DNA of 64,000 nt. Origin: Geosiphon pyriformis uo1. Its lineage: Eukaryota > Fungi > Glomeromycota. The notes beneath the pieces are model-generated. The model saw only the letters and a list, made by a program, of their open reading frames with translations, did no database searches and was not told where the DNA came from. A program made the translations under genes and the position numbers. Shown here one piece after another: positions 39,440 through 52,992 of this stretch; positions within the stretch are counted from its first letter, which is position 1, and each line of letters begins with the position of its first letter. The stretch lies in assembly GCA_016748015.1 (NCBI GenBank), contig JAAOMT010000222.1:809924-873923 (forward strand), read 5' to 3'.

Positions 39440-42400
39440 AAATATCTCAAAAGTTAATGTTAGTCTTGAAAACACTTCCTGACTTATTCATAACGATTAA
39501 TGGAAGTTAAATTAATTACATTCAGAAAAAAACCACAGCCCCAGTAGTAAATTATTTACAGAACTATCATTCCTATAGAAGAAAAACAAGAAGTCACTTT
39601 GAAAATAGGTTACCAAGACTTTTGAAGCAAGCACTGGAAGAAAATCTTTTAATTGCTCTTATTGACATTCCACCAAATGCTACAATGCAACAAGAATTTC
39701 TACTACTTCTTAATGAACAGAACAATGAACACACTCCTATTTATAAATACTTTCACATTGGAAAGACACTTTATAAACAAAAACTGGAACTTGAAACAAC
39801 AAATCTCACTCCTGAAGCTATACAAAAACAAATTCATAATGAATTCAAAACAGCAGCTAGACCAACAAATTTCATAAAATATATTACATTTGATTAACCA
39901 ATAAAAATTGTTGTAAATCACAGAATATGTTTGTACAATATACTAAAAAAAATTTTTGTTAACAAAACTTTTTATAATAAACTAAACACCAACTTTTTAT
40001 CTATTTTTAATGTTAACAATTTTATAAAAATCCACAAAGTAAATATAAAATTATATATATATAGAGTTATATGTATATAAAATATAATAATAAGTATTAT
40101 AATTCTAATAAATATCAAAAAACAATTAATTTTTAGAAAAAAACTGTAGTTGTAATTTTTTTCAAAAATTTTCAAAAAGTGATTTGCAGAATTAAAAAAA
40201 CTTTTTAAGTTCTTTTTAAATTAAAACAAAACATATTTTTAATAATACAACTTAAAACAATAAATAATAAATCAATAAACATTAGTAAATGTTTTAAGAA
40301 GAAAACTAGATCTAATAAAAAAACTTTTTATTATTGAAAAAGAAAAAATATCAATAAAATAATCCAATAAATTGTATTTTTACCAGTTAAAATAAGTTAT
40401 AAATCAGTATATAAAGATTTTTTAGTAAGTTTGAAAAAAATAACAAATTAAAATTCTTAAAATATAATGTATTTAAAAAATTATAACATTAATTAATACC
40501 AAAAAATCAAATTATAAGTTTAAAACCTAATTTGTATAATACCTATTAATATTTTAGAAATAATTTATATTATAATATTTATTAAGAAAAAAAAAACTTA
40601 AAAAATTTAAAAAACATTTATTTAAAATTAAAAAAAATTATTATAATAAAAATACCAAATTAATTAAAAAACAAAAAATTGGTTAACCAAAATTATTTAA
40701 AGAGTAAAATATTATATTATAATTATGATTAAGCTCAAAATATTTATCTGTTTTATTCTAATTAATAAGTAAGTAAAATATATTATCTTAATTTATATAA
40801 AGTTTATTTATATGGTATTTAAGATAAAACAATAAAAAAACAAATTAATTATGTTTTTAATAAATATAAAATTATAGATAAAAATTTTAATAATACACTT
40901 AATATAATTTTTAATAAAATTAAAAGATTAAATAAAAGTAAAAAATATTCAAATTTACTTGTAATAATATTAGAAAACAAAACAAAATAATCTAAGAATT
41001 TAGTTTTATTTATATTTGGTAATTTATAATTATTATAAAATTATTAAATTAAATTTTATAATTTTAAAACATATTAAATTTAAATATAATAGTAGTTTTA
41101 AACTGATTAAAAAACTTTACAAAAAAACAAGAATAAATTATATAAATTATGTAGTTAATACAGTAAAAAAATTTAATCTAACAAAATTAAATAAAACTTA
41201 ATACTATAAAAATGAAAAAAACTTTTAATACTTAAATATTAAAACTATTTTAAGAATTTATTTTAAAAAATTAAATGGTTTATAAAAATATTAACACTTT
41301 TTTTTAAAAACAATTAGTTTTAATATTATAAAAATTTAATTTATTGTAAATTAAAAAATCAAATATTTTTTAAATTATTAAAAAAATTAAAGCTTGTTTT
41401 GTTTTAGTATTAATATTACTTTTTTTGAAATACAAAAAACAAAAATATTTTTATTATAATATTTGTTTATTTATTAAAAATAAATTTAAAGAAACTATTT
41501 ATATAAAACCAATTTATGTTAACAATAAATAAAAAATTTAAAAATAAATTTTCTCTATTATTTTATTATTATATTAATAAAATAATATATTTAATAATGT
41601 TTTTATAAAAAAAATATTAAGTATTTATTAAAAATTAAAAAAGTTTAACAAAAAATTATGATAAACAACAACAAATAAATAAAGAATTATTAAATAATAT
41701 TAAAACATTAAAAAAGTAATTAATTAATAAATTAATAAAATTAAAACTAAAAATTTGTTATATACAGATTAATTTAATAAAAACAGCTATTTTTTTAATT
41801 ATTAATAATATAAAAAACTAAACAAAAAATAACAAATAAAAACAAATTAAAAATAACAATAGATTTTCAGAAAACTAAAAAATAAGCTAAATATTATAAA
41901 AAAGTTTAATTTAATATTATAATTAAAAAATATTAAAAAAGTTTATTGATAATTCAAAAATTTAGTCACAAATTGTTCAAAATATATTTCGAATTAAAAT
42001 AAATAAGATTATTAACTTATTAATCAAAAATAAAGTTTGAAAAAAAAATTAATAAGTTAAATAAATATAAAAAACAAATTAAAAATTTAGCAAAAAAAGT
42101 TAAAAAACTCTTATTTAATAATTTAAAATTATCTAAAAATGAAATAAAAAAAAGAAAAATTTATTAACAAATAAAAATCACAAAAGTTATTAAAAAAATA
42201 TGTAAAAAATAAAGTATATTAAGCAAAATTATTAATAAATAAAAAATTAATGTTAAAACTTACTTTATTTTTTTTATTAAAACTATTAAGAATTTAAATA
42301 ATAATTAAAAAATAGAATTAAGAAAAAAAATTAAAAATAATCAAAAAATTATTTAGTAATCTTATATAATAATCAGAAATTAAAAAAACAAAATTAAATA

Positions 42401-43921
42401 ATTAAAAAAAAAGATGTTTTAAAATTATTAGCAAAAACAAAAAATATTGTTTAATTTATATAAAAAACCTTTATTATTTTTATTCAAAAAACAAAATAAG
42501 TTTATGTTGTTAAAAATAAAAATAAAAAACAAGTTTTTATATTTGATAAAAAAAGCTAAATATTAAATAAACTTTATGTTTTATTAATTTTTTGTCTATA
42601 ATAAAACCAAAAAACTTTAAAAAGTAGTTATAAATCTTTTTTTTTATCTGTTTTTATATTTAATTATTTTTTTTAACACTAATTTATTTGTAATTATAAA
42701 ATTAGCTGATAGTTTAGTTAAAGATATAAATAGTAACAAAATTAAAATAAAATATTATTTTAACATCATAAAAAATTAAAATATACATATCTATACTTTT
42801 AAAAAATTAGAAAAAAGTTTAAAAAACTTGTTATTAAGTCTAAAATTATTGACTTATTAATAAGTCTTTTGATTATAAATGTGCTTAAAAGTAATAAAAT
42901 AATTATAAATTATTTTTAAAGTAATAAAATTAAAAGTAAGAAAAACAATATTAGTAAAATATTTAACATTAAAAATTTAAGAAACACAATAATAAAAAAA
43001 ATTAGTTTTATTAATTTAAATAACTCTAATAATAATAAATACATAAATAAAACTATTGTTATGAATTAAAATAACAAGTTAACAGATAGCAAATAAGAAC
43101 AAAATTATAAAGTAATAAAAATAATCAAAAAGAAAATTACAATAAGAAAATAAATTGAATAAATAAAGATTCAATATATATAATTAGTTTTATAAAAATT
43201 ACAGTTGTAAATCTTTTTAGAAAATCTAAAGATAGAGAAATAGTTTATAATTGTTAACAAGATAATATCATTGCTATTATTCTATGTTTCAACTTAGCAA
43301 TTTTTAAAATTAATAATAAGTATTGTTATATTTATTAATTATTTTTTTATTTAATAAATTATAAAAACAAGCAATTATTTCTTAGGTTAATTTTAATAAT
43401 ACAAATTAAGAAAAAAATAAAATAAAATATGTAAATACCAACAAATAATTTTTTATTCCAAAATATTTAAATACTTAAAGATAGAGAAAAATAAATAAAT
43501 AATATAAGAGAAAGTAATTAATAGTGAGTTTTATTTTGTTATTTTAATCATATTCTTTTATAATTAAGAGATTTATTACTTATATAGCTATTAAAAGTGG
43601 TTAACAATTACTATTTAAAAATAAGATGACTAATTATATAACATTAGTGGCTAATATATATAATAATTAATAAAAATTATGAGTTTTAATTGTAATATTA
43701 TTCTTTTCAAAGAAATTAAGCTTCAATAAAATCAAATTATTTATTGGGTATTCTAACTGAAAAGTTTTGTTTAGTTCAAAACTAACTAGTTTAATAAAGT
43801 TTTTTGTAAATAAAATATATAGTATTTAAAGTAAAATAAGCTTTGTATTTAAAAAACCAAATCTTTGTATAAGAATTTTAATTCTTTTAACAATAATCAA
43901 AACTCAGAAAACATTTAGCTA

Positions 43922-45276
43922 CAGGGGGGTATAAAAAGTATTGGACACTTTTATAATATGTTATATAAAAGAACTAACTTATGAATTGTTAATTTTTTAT
44001 TATTATATTAAAATACATGTTAGTATTTTGTTTGACCCCCATTTGCTTCAAGAATAGCTTGAACTCGACGTGGCATAGACTTGATTAAATTACAATAGTA
44101 ATTTACAAGTATCACATCCCATTTTTCCTTAACCTACTGTTCCAATTGTACAATATTTAAGGATTGTAAATTACATTGACAAATTTTAACTTCAATATAT
44201 GACCAAAAATTTTCTATTGGAGTAATATCAGGACTTTGTGTTGGCCAAGGAAGTAATTCAACATTTAAAGAGGTAAGAAAAAAACGCACAACTTTTGATA
44301 TATGGATTGGTGCATTGTCTTCCTGAAAAAAAAACTTTTTTTTAGTTTTTTTTGCATGAAGTTTTACCGTAGGAATTGCATAATTAGCCAAGATTTTGTG
44401 GTGTATAACTCCAGTAATATGACCAACCAAAGGAACTAAAGGACCCAAATCAATCCATGAAAAACATCCCCAAAACATGTGACCAAAGCTTTTTCTAACT
44501 GTGGCTGCAATACAATCCTTATGAAACTCTTTGGAAGATTTATGTCATACACATCCAAATCCTGTAGTTCTAAATTGTGTATGTGTAGATTCATCTGACC
44601 AAACAACTCATTTAAAATCTTCTACTGTCCAATTTTCATAAGTATGAGCCCATTGTAAATGTTTTTCTTTATTTGATTTGAAAATTAATGGCTTGAGATA
44701 AGAAATACATGAGCGAAGTCCTTTTTGAGCTAATCCATTTTGAATAGTTTGTATAGAAATAGATTTGTTGGTATCTTTAATAAAATTCAATCATATTTGA
44801 GAAAAAGTTTGGTAACGGGTTTCTTTATTCTCCATTATTAAATATTTGAATTGTTCACGTGTGCATTTGTCAAGAATTTGTGGTTGGCCCGTTCATTTTT
44901 TAGGAAGTTTTTTTAGCTCGTATGACTTCCATACACATATTACAGAAGAATGTGAACATCCAATAGTCATGGAAATCTCACTGTTTGTATGTTCTAACTT
45001 TATTGCTAAAATAATTCCTCCTTTTTGGTATTCAGAAAGTTCTTTTCCAAGACACATTTGATGTGGTAAATTTTTTCATGACAAGAATGTTTGATATTTT
45101 ATATATATGCATATAATCCACTGTTGTGTTTTACAAGGACACGATTTATATTGATTTGTAGATTATAACTATAAGTAATTATAAAAAAAATTATGGCTTA
45201 AATTGGTAATGGTATTACTATATATTGCCTTTTTTATATATTATATTAAGTGTCCAATACTTTTTATACCCCCCTG
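43922..45276 (-). mobile_element. Full-length Tc1/mariner DNA transposon (DD34E), transposase inactivated by stops
   Basis: Perfect 29-bp TIRs CAGGGGGGTATAAAAAGTATTGGACACTT (43922-43950 and 45248-45276), with TA TSD on both sides. Transposase frame 45057-44020: MCLGKELSEYQKGGI..., VVWSDES, FWGCFS, FQEDNAPIH-x-WPTQSPDITPIENFW (34 residues between D and E), SMPRRVQAILEANGGQTKY. Confidence 0.96.
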
Positions 45277-48200
45277 TATATAATGCTTAAAATTTTCATT
45301 TGTATTTTAGAAGTTGTTTTCTTCATAAGCTTTATGTCTTTTATAATTTTATTAAGTTAACTATAAAGCTTTAGTTGTTTTTTATATGACAGGTTTTTGT
45401 TTATGGGCAGAATTTTTTCAATTGTTTTTTCAATTATAATAAAAAGTATAAATATTGTTACTGTTATGTTTTTTAGCAGATACTTATATATTTTGCTATC
45501 AATTTTTTCTTTTTTAGTAATGGTTTTCTTTAATCTAATAATAATATGTGTTCTATTATTATCAGTTATAGTAATTTGTTTTCTAATAATCAGAGTAGCA
45601 TTTGGATAATTTTTAATCCAATACTTATGAAAAATATAAAAAGCATTTTAAATGTTTTAATCTAAGAAATAATTGTTCATATCAATTGAAAATACATTTG
45701 TTTTAAGAATAGTATATTTATTTATATTTGATTTTTGTTAATTATTTAGATTGGTATTACTATAACAAATAATCAATCAAATTATTTGTAATATTTTTTA
45801 AGTTACATGTTATGAACAGAGCAATTATTAAAGATTGTTTCATATTTAATTTGTAAAATCTAAGAATCATTATTTAAAACTTTGTTGATTATAAAAAATT
45901 TTTTTATTTGCTAGAGAATTTATTACTATAAACATTGTTTTTGTCTAAGTAATATTCTAAAACTAAGTTATCAATACTTAAAAATGTTTTTTATAAGTTT
46001 TTTTTTTTTTAAGCTTTTCTTGAAACTGTTTTATTTTTTTAAAAACAATTATCTGTGTTTTTATTAAAGAGTTAAAAATAATATTAAGTCTTTTTTGCAA
46101 AATTTTTTGGTAATTTTCTATTATAATTTTTTTTAAAGAGTATTGTTTTAATGTTTATTTCTATTGATAAAGTTGTTATTTGTCTATAAAACAAATAAAA
46201 AGATTCATAATTTATTATATTATAATTTACAATTTTATAAAAAAACAAGACTAAAAATAGTATTTTGTTCTATAAATTTTTTTTTACTGGTTTTAACTAA
46301 AATTTTACATAGTATTTAATTGAAATTTTTTACTAAGCTATTTGTTTGAAGGTAATAAAAAGAAAAAAACTTATAATATATTTCCATTTTTTTACAAAGT
46401 TTTTTAATTAATATACCAAAAAAAGTTTGAAACAATTATAACAATAAATAATATCTTTATAAATAAAATTGGCTATTAAAACTATTGTTTGGTCTGAAGT
46501 GGCTCTTGTTTTTATCTACTTTGTAAAATAATTGGTAGCTGTAATAATATATTTGTTGTAATTAGAAGTTATTGTTAAAAATCTAATAATATCTATACTA
46601 ATTCTGTTAAATGATTAACTAACAAAAATTAAATAGATACTTTTTTTCAATTGGGGGGGTTTTTTTTTTGGCAGATTTTTTCCCAAGATAAACCAATAAT
46701 AGTAAATAAATGTTTTTTGAATTGTTTTTGTTTTTTTAAAGTGTCTAGTTAATAAATTAATATATATATTATAGATTATAATTTTTCTTTTTTTAAATTT
46801 TATAACTTTTTAAAGATAGTTAAAATTTTTTCTATTTCTTTTATATAGTTGGTTTTGGTAAATTAAATAAAAATTTAATTGTTTTTACAAATGTTTTCTT
46901 TGCTATTAAATATAGTCTAATGAATATTGTTTTTTATTCAAAAATTTTATTAAGACAGAATAATTGTTCAAGTCTATTATCATATTTGGTTAAAAAAAAT
47001 TACTAATAATTAAGTTAGTTTGGTTTATAAAGATTATACTATTACTGAATAGTAAGTCTAAAAAGAGCATCAAAATTTTGATAATTTGTTCTTTTATAAT
47101 ATTGCATATTATAGTCAAATTTATTCAAATGAAGTATTTAACAAATTATTTGTTTGTATTCCAACTTATTTTTTTTGTACAGCCAAACCAAAACTTAATG
47201 ATTTGTTATTATTAGAAATTTGATACCAAGAAAATATTTGTCTTAGTAACTGGTAATCTATACTACTAATTGATATTTTTGTTTAATAACTAAGTAGTTT
47301 TGTTCTGCTGAAAAAAATAATCAGTTGATATAAACTATAATATGCTCTTTGTCATTTTTATTTTTTTAAAAAAGAACAGTACCAGATCCAAAGCCAGATT
47401 TATTAGTATAAAAGATAAAAAATTAATTCAAATTAAGTTGTATAAGAATGAATTTTTTAACTAATTTTTCTTTTAAGATTTTAAAAATTTTTTGCTAATA
47501 TGTGTTTCAGTAATAATTAACAGTTTTTTTAAGTAACTGGTTAAAAAAAAAAGACAATTTTAGAAAAATTTTTGACAAATTTTTGATATATTATTTGATA
47601 AGAGTTAATTATTAATAATTACCACAAAATTATAAAGTTTTTTTTTTAATACTATTATAATAAAATATGTTTACTTGTTTTTAGTTTTTTTATTTAATCT
47701 ATTTTCTTTTGATAAACTTGTTATTTTATTTGTTTAATTAATAAGACTTTAAATAAATATAAAAATCCAATAAACTAAACTAAATTGAACTTTAAATATT
47801 ATTTGAATTTGGCTTAAATAATAAACTAAATTTAAACCAAATTAAAATATATTCTGTTATAAAATTTTAACAAAAAGACAAAAAATTAATAACAAAATAA
47901 AAAAATTTATATTTAAATATATAATTATCAAAATACTTTTTTTTAAATATACATAAAAAAATAATAAAAAAATTTTTGCTTTTAAATTAAAAATTTTCAT
48001 ATAGAAAACAACTCATAAATTATAAAAAACTTAATAAAGTTATAAAAAACATAAAACTTTTTATATATAATTTTATTTTATCAAAACTTAATTTTTTTGA
48101 AGAAATAATATTATAATTAAAACTTTTACATTTTAATTTTTATTTACTTACTTAATCATAATTAATTATATATATATATTAACTACTAATATTATTAATA

Positions 48201-48376
48201 ATTATTCTATTTTTAGAAAAAATTATTGATATAATTATTAACTTAATTATTAATTTGTTTATTAATCTGATTATTAATTGAATTATTAATGTAATTATTA
48301 ATGTAATTATTAATATTTTTTAAAAAATATATAACCAAGATTTTTCAAAATTATAAAAAAATTTTAAGAACACTAA

Positions 48377-50608
48377 TTTTTTTTTTATTAAAGATTTTAC
48401 AAGTGCAGCCCAACCACTACCTAAGTACATAGAATACACAGAATCTAAATTAAGTATGGCTCATGCTTTTTCTACATGTGACTAACTACTTAGGCCAACC
48501 AAGGCAGCATTATGCATCCAGAATTTCCGCTACAGGAAAACTACTTAAGAAACCAAAGTCCAATTTTATAAGGCATGGATGCAACCCGAAGCACATGTAA
48601 ACATCCAACCTGAAACTGAAATCTTGAATTGACCCAGCAGATCACAAAGAAAACAGACCAGACACCAAAAAAAAAGAGGAGCCATTTCGCAACAGAAGGT
48701 TATGCTTTTCATAATAAGATCTCAACTTAGCCACTGGTATCCAAATGGCTGATCTGTGACTCTTAGCAAAATGATGAACAAAATTGACAACCAATGTACT
48801 CTTACCAAAACCAGCACCCAAACGGCTTACTGTGTTAGCCATTCAGCCTTTCAACACAAAACCTTTAGCCAGCACTGTAAATAGGTTGATAGAAGACCTA
48901 GCCTTATGCAGCAAATTAGCAATCATATTTCCATTAGTAGAAATTCTCAGCACCACATTCCACTCCATAGAAGCATCAGACAACAAAGTTTCCCGAACAT
49001 TGGCATCATAAGTGTAGGAAAACACATGATCAGAGTTCTCTACCAATCCACACCGAATGCAGGCAATACTTGGATATCTTGGATTATACAATTTTTTCAT
49101 TTTGGCCACTGGTAAGTAGTGGTGGAATGCTTTCATGAGATATGATTAAAGTGTCGCTGATGCACTACTGGTGTAGCCAGATTTGATCTTGCCATCAGGA
49201 TGCCAAACACAAAAGGTTTTGGTCTTATCAAAACAGTTACAGAGATCCACACTAATGAAGCTACCAACACATTTGGCTTCCCAACCAACAGAGTGAACAG
49301 CATTAAACAATTTTTTGGCAATATGACAAGCATTTCTGGAGACAGGCCTGTCTTCAATCCTGAGAAAGCAATAAAGAACCACAAAAGGCAGAAAAAACTT
49401 AGAAGCAACAGCAGCATCAGCATAAAAATCAGCACATTTGTTTTTAACAACACCAGAATGACTCTTGACTTTGTTTCAAGTAACTGACAAGTCTTTTCTA
49501 GAGATGATACAGTAAATATGTTCTTTTTCGATTCAGCATTTGTCACAAAAATCAGGACTAAACACACCACCACCAGATTTGCACAAGTCCAGTGAAGCCT
49601 GGCTGTCAGTAAACAAATTAACAGACCGAAAAGCAAACACACATTCTAAAGCAAGTGCAATGACTTGTAGCTCCACCAAAGTTGAGGACAACAACCCATC
49701 CACCTTGACCACAATGCTAACATTTGCATCTGGAAAGTAAGCAGCAGCACCACCATGAACACTCAACGAACCCAAACCTTTGATGGAATCATCTATATAG
49801 ACAGTCATAAAACTCAAATCAGAATTCAGTAAATGCTCATTAATGTAACCAAAGTCACAAAGAAGTCAGCGAGAACTGAACAATGAGACAATGCCACACA
49901 ATTTGACAAACTGCCTCCATTGATAAATTCAACCAACAAGACAAACCAAACAGAAACCAGGCCTCTAGGGTCTAGCTTCTTTCACCTGCAAAAAGTGTTC
50001 TACTTAAAACATGCACCTCGGCGGTCCAAAAGCTGATGAACAAACACTATGCTGTACCTCCTAAGAGACTTTGTCACACACAAATAAGACTCTAAATCAA
50101 GCACATCCAAAACTGCAATACTATTCTTGGCCTGAAAAACATCAGGCAAATTACCATCTAATAAGAGATTGCACAACTTGAGAACATGTGTCGCACCAGC
50201 CAAAAAACAATTCATGGGATCAATCAGCAAATTGATCGGAACTTTTAAAGGGTGCCGGGACATCCAACTAGTGGCCTGCAACTCTATGGCTCTGTGTTCG
50301 AATAGTTTACCGAGAATTCTATTAGCATTTGTGAACACAACCAAGCCAGCCAATATATTCTCAGCCAGCACCTTTTCAAAAGTCCTTAAACTGTATAATT
50401 CTGGATAATACAAAGTCTTGTTTTGAAAATCCTTGGGTAGATTGGCCTTGAACTTTAACTCTTTCCTCAATATTTTGTTCCACTTTTCACAAAAACTCTT
50501 AGAGATACAACTAAACTGTAGTCTGTAATTAATTATGGGCTGTAGAACAGCAGAGACCAAATACAAAAATTGCTTCTCAGTAATAGTCTTCCTTAATATT
50601 ACATACAC
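48377..50608 (-). mobile_element. 5'-truncated LINE (RT C-terminus, RNase H, CCHC, 3' UTR, polyA)
   Basis: Homologous throughout to 10381-12560 and 37762-39439: KQFLYLVSAVLQP, VYIDDSI..HGGAAAYF..STLVELQ..FTDSQA, CIRCGLVENSDHVFS. Family 3' UTR at 48400-48515; T-run at 48377-48387. Confidence 0.92.
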
Positions 50609-51799
50609 TAATATTAGATATAAAATTATATTAATGTATTATTTTTTGTTAATAATATAAATTATTTTTCTATTTTTAAATTTTTTTGTTATTTTTGAAA
50701 AAAAATATTTATGAAATTAATTTTATATATTAAATTTTTACTAATTTAATTCACTTATTAAAGTTGAATTATTTTTTTATTAATTTTATTATAATATAAT
50801 ATTGTTTTTTTTTGCTATTTATTAATATATTATATTTAATTGTAACAATATTACTTAATAAATAAAATATTATAAAACTATTAATTATAATTATATTACA
50901 AATAATTAAATTTTAAACACTAAAATTTTATTTATATTAATGTTTATTTTGTTTGGTTTTATTGCAATATATTTTATATAATCATGTTTTAATTTGGTCT
51001 TTAATATAGCTATAATATTGTTAAACTATAAGTTATATTATATATATTTAATAAAATTGTTATTATTAATAAAATATGATAAAATATATATAATATAAAA
51101 ACAATTAGTTGTGATTAATTTTAAGCATAATAGTTTTTTTTTATTTTTGCTGTTTTTATATAAAAGAATTTTAAAGTTTTTTTTTAAATATTAAGATATA
51201 TTATATTTTTTTTGTTTTTAATTATAGATTTTTACAAAATTCTTATTTTCTATAAGTATTAATATTATATTTAAATAAATTTTATAATCTTAACTAATAA
51301 ATAAACTTAATTATTAATGTTTTTTAAGAGCATGCTTATCATTTTTTAAAGATTAAAAATAAATAATTAAAACATATATATAAATATAATAATATATAGA
51401 TTTTATTTTTGTAAATACAAATATATTTTTTTTAAAATAATATATAATATTTGTTTAAATATATAAATAAACAATATAAAATTACAACAATAAAAAAAGA
51501 TTAAACTTATATTTAAAAGTAATTTTTAGTGATTTTTACTATTTTAATAAAATCTATAAAAGTTTTTTTTTTTGGTTTCATTTGATTAAGAATAAAATTT
51601 TTGCCATTTGTTAATTTTATATTATAAATACCATTAAATAATTTTAAAGTAAAAAGATATAAGTCAATTAAATTTGTTAAATTTTTTTTTAATATATAAT
51701 ATTAAAACAACTTAAAAAAGTATTTACAAATATAAAATAATTGATTTGTCAAATAATATTCAAAAATAATTTTAAATTTATATATATCTTTTTTATTAT

Positions 51800-52050
51800 G
51801 CTTTGACAAAGTGTAGCCCAATCACTAACTATAACATAAAATTCAAACTAGTCGTGACTCACGCGTTTTCTATATGTGACTAGCTACCCGAGCCAGTTAA
51901 GGCTACGTTATACAACATTAAAAGAAATTCTCATCCTATTACTAACAAATACCAATCAGCAAAATCGTTTCCCAATCCAAAAAGACAGAAACCACGTGAC
52001 CCTTCAACATTCCTACCACTTACACCACCATCCACGGCCTTCACAGGTAA
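51800..52050 (-). mobile_element. Short LINE 3'-end fragment (divergent subfamily)
   Basis: Minus strand reads ACTGGCTCGGGTAGCTAGTCACATATAGAAAACGCGTGAGTCACG...TGATTGGGCTACACTTTG, matching the family 3' UTR. Confidence 0.75.
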
Positions 52051-52992
52051 ATAAATATATTAATATTGTGTTTTATTATATTTGTAACATAAAATTTATA
52101 TCAATAATATATGTACTTAGAACAAAAATAAATAAATTATTTAATATTATTCATCAAATTTTTAAAACAGCTTAAAACTAAATTAAACAAAATATAATAA
52201 ATATATATATTGAAGTTTATTAAACTTTTAATTATTATTTATTTTCGTTTTTACACACATATTTACAATAAATTTGGTTAACAGCTGTTATTATTATTGT
52301 TAATAAATTAAAAATATGTTATTTAATAAACAAAACAATTTTTTTTTATAATTTAAATGGTTTCTATTTGTTTTTTTTATAAAATAAACATATTATTTAA
52401 AAATATATAAAAAGTGAAATTTAATTATTTTATTGAAAATTGGTATTCTCTTAAATTTTATCCATTTAATTTTTTATATCAGAACTTTGTCAATCATTTT
52501 TAAAACTATTTAGTTTAATTCTTTATGTATTTATATATTGTTAGTTGTTGAACATTGTTTTATATATATTTTTAATTTTCTCACAATCAAAATTGAAAAT
52601 TAAGAAGTAGATAGTTTATTTTGAATAAGTATTTAAATTGACAATTACATGAACAAAAAGAAAAAACAAAATATTATTGATTTTAATATTATGTGCTTTT
52701 TATAAAGTAACATAATCATCAAGATTCCCATATTAAACATTTGCCATTTTCAATGTAACTTTGTATTCTAGGCAGAATTTTTCTTAAATTATGAAAAAGA
52801 CAAGAAAAAAACAACCAAGACAAAAAAAATACTGCCGCCTAAACATTTATTTGCAGAAATAGTCTTTTAATTAATGCTGGTAGTGGTAGTGGTAGTGGTG
52901 GTGGTGGTGGTGGTGGTGATATTGGTTGGAAGATTAGTAGGAGTAGGGGTTGAAGTTTGATTCGAATAATTATAGGAAGTAATATTAGCTTT

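Larger units (their letters stand above)
29500..39900 (+). mobile_element. Ty3/Gypsy LTR retrotransposon (inactivated): gag-CCHC-PR-Cys-rich-dUTPase-RT-RNaseH-IN plus extra 3' ORF; 3' LTR not found
   Basis: Gag IPEFTGED..WLDKV..ANGW and QFIAGL. CHYCKIPGHWKRDC at ~31945. Protease LILDSRS at ~32605. RT SPWASPVV, RFCVDY, YPLPRIDD, MPFGLCNAPATFQRLM, YLDD. RNase H ATNASYIAFGAILSQ, ELEAAAVIWAL. Integrase HHCC, VGIDLVG, LSDQGTHF, GPF-like KWDEPF. RT-RH-IN order is Gypsy-type. Many nonsense changes. Confidence 0.95.

Noticed and set aside
39900-43900. Search for the 3' LTR/PPT of the Gypsy element
   Set aside because: No match to 29500-30469 recognised. The sequence is too eroded, or the end was deleted.
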